Position numbers and translations under genes: made by a program
The notes under the pieces: generated by a model
The model's database searches: none
What the model saw: only the letters and a program-made list of their open reading frames with translations
What the model was told of the DNA's origin: nothing
Source of the DNA: an uncultured delta proteobacterium
GTDB taxonomy: Bacteria; Myxococcota; Myxococcia; Myxococcales; Anaeromyxobacteraceae
Assembly (NCBI GenBank): GCA_963845515.1
Contig: CAWJSR010000029.1
Location: forward strand, 32,001-96,000
Direction: 5' to 3'
Length of the DNA stretch: 64,000 bases
Shown: piece after piece, positions 11,944 to 22,450 of the stretch
Position numbering within the stretch: the first letter of the stretch is position 1
How the letters are laid out: the number at the start of each line of letters is the position of its first letter

Positions 11944-13085
11944 GCCTCCACCTCCGATCCCTCCGGGAGCTCACCGGCGTCCTCGGGGACGAGGAGCAGC
12001 GCGTCGGCGAGCGCGGGCCCCCGCACCTGGGCCGAGTCGCGCCCGAGCGCCCGCGCGCGCCCTCCAGGCTCGAGGCGCGCCCACAGGAAGCGGGCCCGAC
12101 CCGGCTTGCCGGAGGCCGGCGCGGAGAGCACCACGCGAAGCGCCCTGCGGGCGGTGCTGCCCGCCCCTGCGAGCCTCAGGATCGCGGGGCGCGCGAAGAC
12201 CTCCAGCGCGACGAGGCACGCGGAAGGGCTGCCGGGGAGCCCCAGGATCGGCGTCCTTCCTGCGAGCGCGAAGAGGAAGGGCTTCCCGGGCTTCATGGGG
12301 ACGCCGTGGACCCGCTTCTCGCCGCCGACGCGCGCGACCGCAGCGGCGACGTGGTCCCGTTCGCCGACCGAGACCCCACCGATGGTCACGACCGCGTCCG
12401 CGTTCGCCAGCCCGTTGGCGAGCTCCTCGGCGAGCAGCTCGACCCGGTCCCCGACCGCGCGCGTCTCGACCAGCGCACCCGCAGCGCGCAGCACGCCCGC
12501 TACCGCCGGGCCGTTCGAGTCGGGGACGCGGCCACCGACGATCTCCTCGCCCGAGGAGATCACCACGACCCGTGGGCGGCGCCGGACGACGACGTGCTCC
12601 ACTCCGACCGACACCAGCAGCGCCAGCTGCCGAGGGCCGAGCCTGGTCCCCTCCTGCAGCGCGAGCGCCCCCTGCACCAGGTCCTCTCCCGCTCGCCTGA
12701 CGTTCTCGCCGGGCCCGACCGCTCGCTCCACGCGCGCGAGCTCGCCGGAGACCGTGACGACCTCCTGCATCACGACCGCGTCGGCGCCCGGCGGCAGCGG
12801 GGCGCCGGTGAAGATCCGGACGGCCTCACCCTCGCCTAGGGGTCGGGCAGCCTCGTCGCCGGCATAGGTCGTCTCGACCACGCGGAGGGAAGCACCCTCG
12901 TGCGCGCCGGCAGCGCGGACCGCGAAGCCATCCATCGCGGCGCAGGCGTACGGCGGGCTCGCCACGCGAGCGAGGACGTCGGCGGCCAGGAAGCGGCCGG
13001 ACGCGCCGTCGAGCGTGACCTCCTCGGAGGGCAGCGGCGCAACCGCTCGAAGCACGTCGTCCCGCACCGAGAGGATTCGCTCCAT
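11919..13085 (-). CDS. moeA: Molybdopterin molybdotransferase
   Basis: AMDGFAV, RIFTGAPLPPGADAVVMQE, GGVSVGERD, MKPGKP and LPGSP motifs. Confidence 0.92.
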   Translation of the reverse strand: MERILSVRDDVLRAVAPLPSEEVTLDGASGRFLAADVLARVASPPYACAAMDGFAVRAAGAHEGASLRVVETTYAGDEAARPLGEGEAVRIFTGAPLPPGADAVVMQEVVTVSGELARVERAVGPGENVRRAGEDLVQGALALQEGTRLGPRQLALLVSVGVEHVVVRRRPRVVVISSGEEIVGGRVPDSNGPAVAGVLRAAGALVETRAVGDRVELLAEELANGLANADAVVTIGGVSVGERDHVAAAVARVGGEKRVHGVPMKPGKPFLFALAGRTPILGLPGSPSACLVALEVFARPAILRLAGAGSTARRALRVVLSAPASGKPGRARFLWARLEPGGRARALGRDSAQVRGPALADALLLVPEDAGELPEGSEVEAWLLDDDA

Positions 13086-13154
13086 CGGGGCGCGATCATG
13101 CCACTTTTGGGCCGGAGGCCAAGCTTCCCGCTGAGGTTTCGATGCCTTGCGCGC

Positions 13155-13168
13155 TTGATCTAGGCCAA
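13155..13168. promoter_or_regulatory. FNR-box-like site in the moeA/fnr divergent intergenic region
   Basis: TTGAT-CTAG-GCCAA matches 8 of 10 positions of TTGAT-N4-ATCAA; TATCAT -10-like hexamer at 13185-13190. Confidence 0.5.
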
Positions 13169-13202
13169 CCCCCGACCTGTGCTGTATCATTTCGCCAACC
13201 AC

Positions 13203-13859
13203 ATGCTCTCCAACCAGCCCGTGACAGACTGCAGCGCCTGCGGACTCGGGATCGCCTCGCAGGGACGCTGCCGGCTCACGCCGACCTCGAGGGAGTCTGG
13301 CTCAACCATCTGCGCGCAGGGCGAGCGCCCCCGCACCGTCTACTTCATCAAGGAGGGCTTCGTCGCCCTCTCCGCCGTGAGCACCCGCGGCGCCGAGCTG
13401 GTGCTGACGCTGCGCGGGCCGTCGTCGCTGCTCTGCACCGAGTCGCTCCAGGGCGAGGCGTCGCCTTACGAGGTCCGCGCGCTTTCCCGGGTCAAGGTCT
13501 GCGGCATCTCCGGCGACGGCCTGGCACAGTGGATCGGCCCCGAGCGGAGCGCCGCGCGGGTCGTCCTGGATCTGATCCTCAGCGAGTCGCGCCAGCAGCG
13601 CGACGAGGTGAACTGGCGCCAGGGAGACTGTCTCTCGCGCGTCGCGCGCTTCGCGCTCGCCCACGCCCGCTTCCTCGCCGAGCGCCCCAACGCCGTGCGC
13701 AAGCAGGTCGTCGCGCGCCTCCTGGGGATGCGCCCGGAGACGCTCTCGCGCTGCCTGACCCGGCTGGAGGCCGACGGCGTAGTCGACGCCTCGCGCGGCG
13801 TCAGGGTGCTCGACGCGCGCCGTCTCGCCGCCATCGCGATGGAAGACAGCGGTGGCTGA
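13203..13859 (+). CDS. Crp/Fnr-family regulator with FNR-like cysteines
   Basis: N-terminal CSACGLGIASQGRC (Cx2Cx9C), internal VKVCGI and HTH LGMRPETLSR. Confidence 0.85.
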   Translation: MLSNQPVTDCSACGLGIASQGRCRLTPTSRESGSTICAQGERPRTVYFIKEGFVALSAVSTRGAELVLTLRGPSSLLCTESLQGEASPYEVRALSRVKVCGISGDGLAQWIGPERSAARVVLDLILSESRQQRDEVNWRQGDCLSRVARFALAHARFLAERPNAVRKQVVARLLGMRPETLSRCLTRLEADGVVDASRGVRVLDARRLAAIAMEDSGG

Positions 13860-13904
13860 TTGAGCTATTAAGGGCGCGCACCGTCGTCCGGAAGGAATCA
13901 GCCA

Positions 13905-14114
13905 ATGCCCAGACTTGGAATGGGTGAGCTCCTAGTCATCCTCATCATCGTGATCGTCCTCTTCGGCGCGAGCAGGCTGCCTCAGCTTGGCGCGGGCCTC
14001 GGACAGGGCATCCGCAGCTTCAAGAAGGCGCTCGGCGGCGGCGACGACGAGAAGGACGAGGGTCAGAAGCCCGGCTCCGAAGGCACAAGCCAGAAGCCGG
14101 ACCCCAAGCCTTAG
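13905..14114 (+). CDS. tatA: Twin-arginine translocase TatA/TatE subunit
   Basis: [34 protein letters not shown]. Confidence 0.93.
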   Translation: MPRLGMGELLVILIIVIVLFGASRLPQLGAGLGQGIRSFKKALGGGDDEKDEGQKPGSEGTSQKPDPKP

Positions 14115-14228
14115 CTTCACGCCCGATCGGCGCCCCAGCCGGGGCCGCCGCGGCAAGTCACCGCACTTCCACATCGTGAGTCGGATGCGCTTACGTAGGG
14201 GCGCCCTTTCGCACGTGTGGATGGCACC

Positions 14229-14540
14229 ATGGCCTTTTCGATCGATCAGCTCGAGTCGGGGGACCTTCATCTGACGGTCGGAAGCGACTTCGGGCCGGAG
14301 GACGCCTGGCAGATCCACGACCTGCTCAGCCGGTCCCTGGCCGGAACACACGTCGAGCTGGACTTCCGCCGTGTTCGCGAGTGCCACGACTTCGCCCTGT
14401 CGCTCCTGGCCAGAGACATCGTGACTGGGCGGACGCCGATCGAACTTCATGGCCTCTCCCAACACCAGGAGCGCGTGCTCTCGTACTTCGGAGTCGCGGT
14501 CGGGGCCCCTGAGGCCATCGCCGACTCCGACCCCATCTGA
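14229..14540 (+). CDS. Small STAS-like (anti-anti-sigma fold) protein
   Basis: About 103 aa; VELDFRRVRECHDFALSLL and LHGLSQHQERVLSYFG resemble the STAS pattern. Confidence 0.55.
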   Translation: MAFSIDQLESGDLHLTVGSDFGPEDAWQIHDLLSRSLAGTHVELDFRRVRECHDFALSLLARDIVTGRTPIELHGLSQHQERVLSYFGVAVGAPEAIADSDPI

Positions 14541-14705
14541 GACGCGCCGGTTTCACCGGCGCGGCGCCCGGCTCGCACCGGCCCGGGAGAACGAGCGCGT
14601 CCCTAATTTCCGTTTCCGCGCGCCTGCGCGCAGGCGGAGCTTGCGATCCGCTTACGTGCGCTCCAACATTGAGGCGATCCTGCGAGTCCACTCCTGGAGG
14701 ATGGA

Positions 14706-15128
14706 ATGAAGCGGATACTGGTGGCCATCGACGGTTCCGACCCTTCGCTCAAGGCGGCGCGGATGGCGGCCGACATCGCGCTCCGCTTCGGCGCCCAACT
14801 GACGCTGGTGCACGTCGTCCCGAAGCTCCTGCTACCACCGGACGTCTACGGGCTCACGCTCGCCGAGGTCGAGAAGGAGCACCAGGCGTACGCCGAGACC
14901 CTGCTCCAGAAGGCCGTCTCCTTCCTCGCGGAGCCTGGCGTCGACACCACGAGCACCATCCTCTACGGCTCGCCGGCGGAGTCGATCGCGGAGGAGGCCG
15001 CGGCGCCCGACGTCGGGATGGTGGTCGTGGGCAGCCGCGGCCACGGGGCGGTGGCGCGAGTCTTCCTCGGCAGCGTCTCCGACCGCATCGTCCACATCAG
15101 CCCCAAGCCGGTCCTGGTGGTCCACTGA
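14706..15128 (+). CDS. Universal stress protein
   Basis: ILVAIDGS, VVGSRGHG, FLGSVS and PVLVV; GGAGG RBS. Confidence 0.93.
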   Translation: MKRILVAIDGSDPSLKAARMAADIALRFGAQLTLVHVVPKLLLPPDVYGLTLAEVEKEHQAYAETLLQKAVSFLAEPGVDTTSTILYGSPAESIAEEAAAPDVGMVVVGSRGHGAVARVFLGSVSDRIVHISPKPVLVVH

Positions 15129-16252
15129 TCGCCAACGCAGCTCCTCCGAGAACCGCTCGCGTCATCGTCGTCGCTGACACCTCCGACGCGAACGACACCG
15201 TGGCCAGCGCGCTGGGCGACGCCGGCTTCAAGGTGCGCTCGGCTCGAACCGCCGCCGAGGCGCTCGAGGCTGCACGCGCGGGCTTCGACGTGGCGCTGGT
15301 CGGCCTCTCCCTGCCGGACGGCGACGGCGCCACCCTCGGCCCCCGGCTCAAGGCGCAGTCGCTGGACGGCGAGATCATCCTCATGAGCCGCGACGACTCG
15401 CTGGGCGCGGCGCTCACCGCCATGCGCGCCGGCGCGTGCTCGTTCGTGGTGCGTCCCACCGCCTCGCCGGAGCTCCTCGTCACGGTCGAGCAGGCGCTGC
15501 GCCAGGCCCGCCTCCATGCGGAGGCGCGGGACCTGGCGCGCCGGGCCCAGGTCGCCGAGAAGCTCGCGACCGTCGGGACGATGACGGCCGGCCTCTCACA
15601 CGAGATCCGCAACCCGCTCAACGCCGCGTCGCTGCAGCTCCAGGTGCTGGAGCGCCGGATCCAGAAGCTCCCGAAGGAGACGCAGGGCGCGCTGCTCGAG
15701 CCGCTCCACCTCGTCCGCGACGAGATCAAGCGGCTCAACCAGGTGCTCGAGGACTTCCTGCAGCTCGCCCGCCCGCGGGAGCTCGCGCCAGCCGAGCTGG
15801 ACCTCCGGGCAGTCGTGGATCGCGTCCTCGACTTCCTCGGCGGCGAGCTGGAGCGGCGGGTGCTGAAGCTGGAGCGGGACCTTCCCGAGGGGCTTCCACC
15901 GGTCGCCGGCGAGGAGGGAAGGCTCCGCCAGGTGGTCGTGAACCTGCTGCTGAACGCCTTCGACGCGACTCCGGCCGGCGGCACGATCCGCGTCTCCACG
16001 CGGCTCGCCGGCGGCGGCCGCCCCGGCGACGAGGGGCCGATCGCCCTGGTGGTGGAGGACAGCGGGGGAGGCATCGCCCCGGCGGCCCGAGAGAAGATCT
16101 TCGAGCCCTTCTTCACGACCAAGGGGCAGGGCTCGGGGCTCGGCCTCTCGATCGTCCAGGGGGTCGTGGCCCAGCACGGCGGCTCCATCACGGTCGGCGC
16201 GTCGCCGCTCGGGGGCGCCCGCTTCGTGGTCGAGCTGCCGCGCTGGAAGTGA
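15125..16252 (+). CDS. Histidine kinase with degenerate N-terminal receiver (start uncertain, 15125-15200)
   Basis: SHEIRNPLN H-box, NLLLNA, DSGGGI, FEPFFTTK and GSGLGL. Confidence 0.85.
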   Translation: MIANAAPPRTARVIVVADTSDANDTVASALGDAGFKVRSARTAAEALEAARAGFDVALVGLSLPDGDGATLGPRLKAQSLDGEIILMSRDDSLGAALTAMRAGACSFVVRPTASPELLVTVEQALRQARLHAEARDLARRAQVAEKLATVGTMTAGLSHEIRNPLNAASLQLQVLERRIQKLPKETQGALLEPLHLVRDEIKRLNQVLEDFLQLARPRELAPAELDLRAVVDRVLDFLGGELERRVLKLERDLPEGLPPVAGEEGRLRQVVVNLLLNAFDATPAGGTIRVSTRLAGGGRPGDEGPIALVVEDSGGGIAPAAREKIFEPFFTTKGQGSGLGLSIVQGVVAQHGGSITVGASPLGGARFVVELPRWK

Positions 16253-16308
16253 CGCAGCGGGCGCGGGTCGCCCCAACGCATCGGGCGACGGCGGCTCGCC
16301 AGATCCCG

Positions 16309-17754
<1,446 letters not shown>

Positions 17755-17973
17755 GAACCTGAATGCCCTGTCTGGTATACGCAAACCCTGCGGATGGCCC
17801 GCAGATAATGCACACGAACCCGCCTTGGGTCCAGATCAATCGTTCGAGCGCAACCCTTCAGAGACAAAGGGGGTCCTGGCCCCGCCGGCAGATTGCGCGC
17901 CGGCAGAAGAGCAGGCGTTGATTGTGCGCTGCGTGACAACGCGCCGCGCCACCCCTGCACCACTTTGGGGCCC

Positions 17974-18630
17974 CTACCCCACCCCGTCGATCCGGCCAAG
18001 CCGGTCGTACGGTCGCCACCTGAAACGCGCCCCGAGCCCCTCGGCAACCCGGCGACAGTCTTCCTCGGAGAGTCCAGGGAGCGCCACGCAGCTCGCTGCA
18101 ACCTCGCGGATGGAAGCGCTGGCGCTGCGGATGAACTCCTTCACCGCCGGGTAGGCGCTCTCGCCATGGCGGCTCGGGCAGACCCGTGAGTAGGTCGCCG
18201 CGTCCGCGGCGTTGAGCGACACGGAGATCGCGTCGAGGCCGGCGGCGGCGAGCTCCGGCGGGATGTCGCGCCCCTCGCGAAGGCTGGCGAGGCCATCGGT
18301 GTCGATCCGGACCCGGCCGACCCCGGCAACCTTGAGCCTCCGGATCAGGTCCAGGACGACCTCCAGGCGGCGCGTCGGCTCGCCGAAGCCGGTGAAGACC
18401 ACCTCCGAGCGCCCCGCGATGCCGACGTCGAGCGCTGCCTTCCAGACCTCGTCGGCCGTCGGATTCTCGCGAAGCCTGAGATCGAAGCCTCCGAGCGTGA
18501 AGTCGCCATCACGGATCTTCGGGCAGAAGACGCACGCTAGCGTGCAGCTGCTCGTCACGTTGAGGTAGAGGGCATCGCCCAACGGATAGGCGAGGACGGG
18601 GGCGCTGAGGGGCTGTTCAGGGGCGTTCAC
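17974..18630 (-). CDS. Radical SAM protein, TatD-associated family
   Basis: LYLNVTSSCTLACVFCPK (CxxxCxxC), EVVFTGFGEPT and SVSLNA. Confidence 0.8.
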   Translation of the reverse strand: MNAPEQPLSAPVLAYPLGDALYLNVTSSCTLACVFCPKIRDGDFTLGGFDLRLRENPTADEVWKAALDVGIAGRSEVVFTGFGEPTRRLEVVLDLIRRLKVAGVGRVRIDTDGLASLREGRDIPPELAAAGLDAISVSLNAADAATYSRVCPSRHGESAYPAVKEFIRSASASIREVAASCVALPGLSEEDCRRVAEGLGARFRWRPYDRLGRIDGVG

Positions 18631-18754
18631 CGGCGGTCGTTTGATAGCGCAAGGGCGCGCCGCGCGCCACCCCAGGGTACCAACGTTCGCTGGCAGGAGC
18701 CTCCGCCAGGGTCATGGGGTGCAGCACCGCGATGGCCGGGGCTATCCTGACGCC

Positions 18755-19402
18755 ATGTGTGGTCGTTTCACGCTCACCACCACCGACCTCGGCGGCCTCG
18801 CGCGCGAGCTGCGGGCCGAGCTCGACCCGGCCTTCAAGCGCCCGTGGCGCCCGCGCTTCAACGTGGCCCCAGGGGACGCCCACATCGTCCTGCGCGCCGA
18901 GGGGGGCGGGCGAAGGCTGGTGGAGGCGAGCTTCGGCTTCGCGTCCGGGACCGGCAGGACGATCAACGCCCGCGCCGAGTCCGCGGAGCGAAGGCCCACC
19001 TTCCGCGAGGAGTGGCGCGCTCGCCGCTGCGCCGTCCCCGCCGACGGCTTCTACGAGTGGAGCGGCCCCGCGAACGGGCGCCGCCCGGCCTGGCTCCACC
19101 GCCCGGACGGGCGGCCGCTCCTCTTCGCCGCCCTCTGGCGGCCGTCGACGACGGGTTCGCGTGAGTTCGTGATCGTCACCGTCGACGCCAACGCCGACGT
19201 GCGGGCAATACACGATCGGATGCCGGCCATCCTGGCCGACGGCGCGCTCGATGCCTGGCTCGACGGCGCCGATCCCCCTGCCCTCGCGCCCGAGGGCACG
19301 CTCGCCGCCCGCCCAGTGTCCCAGCGGGTCAACTCGGTGAAGAACGACGACCCGGCCTGCCTCGACGCACCTCTCCTGGATCCCCAGTTGCCGCTGCTGT
19401 GA
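18755..19402 (+). CDS. SOS-response-associated peptidase (SRAP/YedK abasic-site protein)
   Basis: MCGRF N-terminus, INARAE, PADGFYEW and IHDRMP. Confidence 0.92.
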   Translation: MCGRFTLTTTDLGGLARELRAELDPAFKRPWRPRFNVAPGDAHIVLRAEGGGRRLVEASFGFASGTGRTINARAESAERRPTFREEWRARRCAVPADGFYEWSGPANGRRPAWLHRPDGRPLLFAALWRPSTTGSREFVIVTVDANADVRAIHDRMPAILADGALDAWLDGADPPALAPEGTLAARPVSQRVNSVKNDDPACLDAPLLDPQLPLL

Positions 19403-19460
19403 CTCGGCCCCATCTGCGACATCGTGCAAAGCGGTAAACGGCTCATTATGAAGAGCCGTA

Positions 19461-20909
19461 ATGGGGACTCCACTCAAGTACGACGTCGTCGTCATCGGCT
19501 CTGGACCGGCGGGCGAGGCCGGTGCGGTCCAGGCTGCACAGCTCGGCAGGAAGGTCGCCCTCGTCGAGAAGGAGGCCGTGCCGGGGGGCGCCTGCGCCAA
19601 CACCGGCACCATCCCCTCCAAGGCGCTGCGCGAGACCGCCCTCGCGATCCAGCAGGCGCGCGCGCGCGACGCCCACGGCATCGAGCTGAGGGTCTCGCGC
19701 ACCGTCACCATCCCCGAGCTGATGGGGCGGCGCGGGCTCGTAACGGGGCGCGAGCACGCGCGCATCCGGAACGCGCTCTCCAACGCCGGCGTCGAGACGT
19801 TCCGCGGCGTCGCGAGCTTCGTCGATCCTCACACGCTGCGCGTCACCATCCCCGACGGCTCGACCCAGGATCTCGAGGCCGGGGTCGTCCTGCTCGCGAC
19901 GGGCACCCGCCCGTTCCACCCGCCGCAGTACGCCTTCGACCACGCGCGGGTCTACGACTCCGACTCGATCCTGATGCTCGACCGGGTCCCGAAGTCGCTC
20001 GCGGTGCTCGGCGGCGGTGTCGCCGGCTGTGAGTACGCGTCGATCTTCGCGGCGCTGGGCGTCCGCGTCTTCATCGTGGACTCGAAGGAGCGGCTCCTGC
20101 CGTGGCTGGACGCCGAGCTGTCGCTCGCCATGCAGGATCTCTTCCGGCAGGCAGGGATCGAGCTCCACCAGGAGGTCCGCGCAGCGCACGTCGAGGCGGG
20201 GGAGCAGGACGTGCTGGTCACCCTCTCCGACGGGAAGCGCTTCGTCGCCGAGAAGGTGCTGATCGCATCGGGCCGGATCGGCAACGTCGAGTCGCTCGAC
20301 CTGGCGAAGGCCGGGCTCTCCGCCGCCGAGCGCGGCCTCCTCGAGGTGAACGAGCACTTCCAGACGAAGGTCCCCGCACGTCTACGCGGCCGGGGACCTC
20401 GTCGGCTTCCCCGGCCTCGCCTCCACCTCCAAGGAGCAGGCGGTCGTCGCCATGCGCCACGCCTGCGGCGAGCCGCGGCGGCGCGGCGTCTCCGACGCGC
20501 ATCCCTGTGGGCATCTACACCATCCCGGAGCTCTCCGGCGCGGGCGACACCGAGGAGACGCTGCGGAAGAAGGGGAGTCCCTTACGTGGTCGGGAGGGCG
20601 CCGCTGGAGGAGAACGCGCGCGCCAACCTCGTCGGCGAGGCGGTCGGCTTCCTGAAGATCCTCGCCTCCCCGGAGGGGAAGCTGCTCGGAGTCCACTGCA
20701 TCGGCCCGCACGCGTCGGAGCTGGTCCACCTCGGCAACGCGGTGATGAGCCTTGGCGGCGACATCCGGTACTTCATCACGGCCGTCTTCAACTACCCGAC
20801 GCTCGGCGAGGCCTACAAGTCGGCGGCCTACGACGCGCTCAGCGCGTCGGCGCCGCTCCGGGAGCGGATCCTCCACGACGCCGCGCCTGCGTCGGCGGAG
20901 CCCGCATAG
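19461..20909 (+). CDS. sthA: Soluble NAD(P) transhydrogenase-family flavoprotein, with three compensating +1 indels in the assembly
   Basis: GSGPAG, GGACANTGTIPSK, GGGVAG and VFNYPTL; the expected VYAAGD..GFP.LAS and GIYTIPE segments lie in shifted frames at 20372-20575. Confidence 0.85.
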   Translation: MGTPLKYDVVVIGSGPAGEAGAVQAAQLGRKVALVEKEAVPGGACANTGTIPSKALRETALAIQQARARDAHGIELRVSRTVTIPELMGRRGLVTGREHARIRNALSNAGVETFRGVASFVDPHTLRVTIPDGSTQDLEAGVVLLATGTRPFHPPQYAFDHARVYDSDSILMLDRVPKSLAVLGGGVAGCEYASIFAALGVRVFIVDSKERLLPWLDAELSLAMQDLFRQAGIELHQEVRAAHVEAGEQDVLVTLSDGKRFVAEKVLIASGRIGNVESLDLAKAGLSAAERGLLEVNEHFQTKVPARLRGRGPRRLPRPRLHLQGAGGRRHAPRLRRAAAARRLRRASLWASTPSRSSPARATPRRRCGRRGVPYVVGRAPLEENARANLVGEAVGFLKILASPEGKLLGVHCIGPHASELVHLGNAVMSLGGDIRYFITAVFNYPTLGEAYKSAAYDALSASAPLRERILHDAAPASAEPA

Positions 20910-20956
20910 GCAGGGCGGGGCTGGAAACGCGCCGCGATCCGGGCTATCCGGGTGTG

Positions 20957-21700
20957 ATGCCGAACCCCTCCGCCGCGCTCCTCGTCATAGGCAACGAGGT
21001 GCTCTCGGCCAAGGTGACCGACGAGAACGGCCCCTTCATCGCGCGGCGGCTGCGCGATCTGGGGGTGCGGCTCGTCGCCATCCACACCATCCCGGACGAG
21101 GTCGACGAGATCTCCGCCGCGCTGGAGCGGGTCCGCGCGCGCTGCACCTGGGTCTTCACGACCGGTGGCGTCGGCCCGACGCACGATGACGTCACGCTCG
21201 GCGCCGTCGCGAAGGCGCTCGGCCGGCCGGTGATCCGCCACCCGCGCCTGGCCGCCGCCATCCGGGCCATCCACGCGCGCCACCACGCCGAGGAGCTTCC
21301 CGAGGCGGCACTCCGGATGGCGGACGTCCCGGATGGAACCCGGCTCGAGGGGGATCCCGACTACCCGACCCTGGTCGTCGAGAACGTGGTGATGCTGCCT
21401 GGCGTGCCCGAGTTCTGCCGCTTCCAGTTCGAGAGGTTCGCCGCCGCCCTGGCCGCCCCACCGTTCAGGCTCGCCTGCATCTACCTCCGGGTCGGTGAGG
21501 GTCCGATCGCGGCCGCGCTCGACCGGGTGGTGCGGGATCACCCGACGGTCGAGATCGGGAGCTACCCGCGGTTCGACGGCGCGGATCACCGCGTGAAGCT
21601 CACCGTGGAGTCGAAGGACGAGGCGAGCGTCGTGGCCGCGCGCGACGCCCTCCTCGCCGCGCTTCCGCCGGGATCGGTCATACGCTCCGAGGGGCCCTGA
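20957..21700 (+). CDS. CinA N-terminal (COG1058) molybdopterin-binding-like protein
   Basis: LVIGNEVL, GGVGPTHDDVT, LPGVP and IGSYP. Confidence 0.85.
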   Translation: MPNPSAALLVIGNEVLSAKVTDENGPFIARRLRDLGVRLVAIHTIPDEVDEISAALERVRARCTWVFTTGGVGPTHDDVTLGAVAKALGRPVIRHPRLAAAIRAIHARHHAEELPEAALRMADVPDGTRLEGDPDYPTLVVENVVMLPGVPEFCRFQFERFAAALAAPPFRLACIYLRVGEGPIAAALDRVVRDHPTVEIGSYPRFDGADHRVKLTVESKDEASVVAARDALLAALPPGSVIRSEGP

Positions 21701-21713
21701 CTCGACCCCGGCG

Positions 21714-22355
21714 CTAGCCCTCCAGGTGGCACCCGTGGGCGAGCCGGACGCCGGCCGCCTCGAGCCGGGCGTTGGTCTCGGCCACCCGCTCGGGGAAGAC
21801 CGCCCGCGTCATGTCGTCCAGGACGAACGCCTCGAACCCGGCCTCGGCGGCGTCGACCGCGCTCGCCCTGACGCAGAAGTCGCGTGCGAGGCCGCAGAGG
21901 AAGACGCGCTGGATGCCGCGCTCCCGCAGCCAGCCCGCGAGCCCGGTCCTCGGCCGCTGGCCGTCGGGACCGACGTTCTCGCGGAAGGCGCTGTAGCTGT
22001 CCACCTCGCGCCGCGTCCCCTTGCGCAGCACCAGCGTGACCGCCTCCATAGGAAGGTCCGGGTGGAGCGCAGCCCCCCGGCTCCCCCGGACGCAGTGGTC
22101 GGGCCAGAGCTCCTGGCCCCCCTGAGGGAGCTCCTTCACCGTGAAGGGCGAACAGCCCTCGTGGGCGCTCGCGAAGGAGACGTGACCGCGGGGATGCCAA
22201 TCCTGCGTCGCCACCACGACCGCGAAGCGGGGCGCGAGCCTTGCGATGGGCTCGACGATCGCGTCGCCGGTCGACACGGCTAGCGCGCCGCCGGGCAGGA
22301 AGTCGTGCTGCAGGTCCACCACGACGAGCGCGTCGCTCCCAGGGTCGATACGCAT
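21714..22355 (-). CDS. pncA: Nicotinamidase/pyrazinamidase
   Basis: VDLQHDFLPGG, TQDWHP, WPDHC, DSYSAF and GLARDFCV. Confidence 0.92.
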   Translation of the reverse strand: MRIDPGSDALVVVDLQHDFLPGGALAVSTGDAIVEPIARLAPRFAVVVATQDWHPRGHVSFASAHEGCSPFTVKELPQGGQELWPDHCVRGSRGAALHPDLPMEAVTLVLRKGTRREVDSYSAFRENVGPDGQRPRTGLAGWLRERGIQRVFLCGLARDFCVRASAVDAAEAGFEAFVLDDMTRAVFPERVAETNARLEAAGVRLAHGCHLEG

Positions 22356-22450
22356 GGCCGGCCGCTCCTCGCCACAGGATAACTCGCACGCAACCCCGCC
22401 GCCGGGATCCCGTTGTCACGACCGGGCCGTTCGGTTAGCTTGCGCGCACC

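Noticed and set aside
14621..14636. Perfect 16-bp palindrome CGCCTGCGCGCAGGCG upstream of the USP gene
   Set aside because: Almost all G/C so plausible by chance; I found no sigma54 GG-N10-GC promoter nearby to support an enhancer role.
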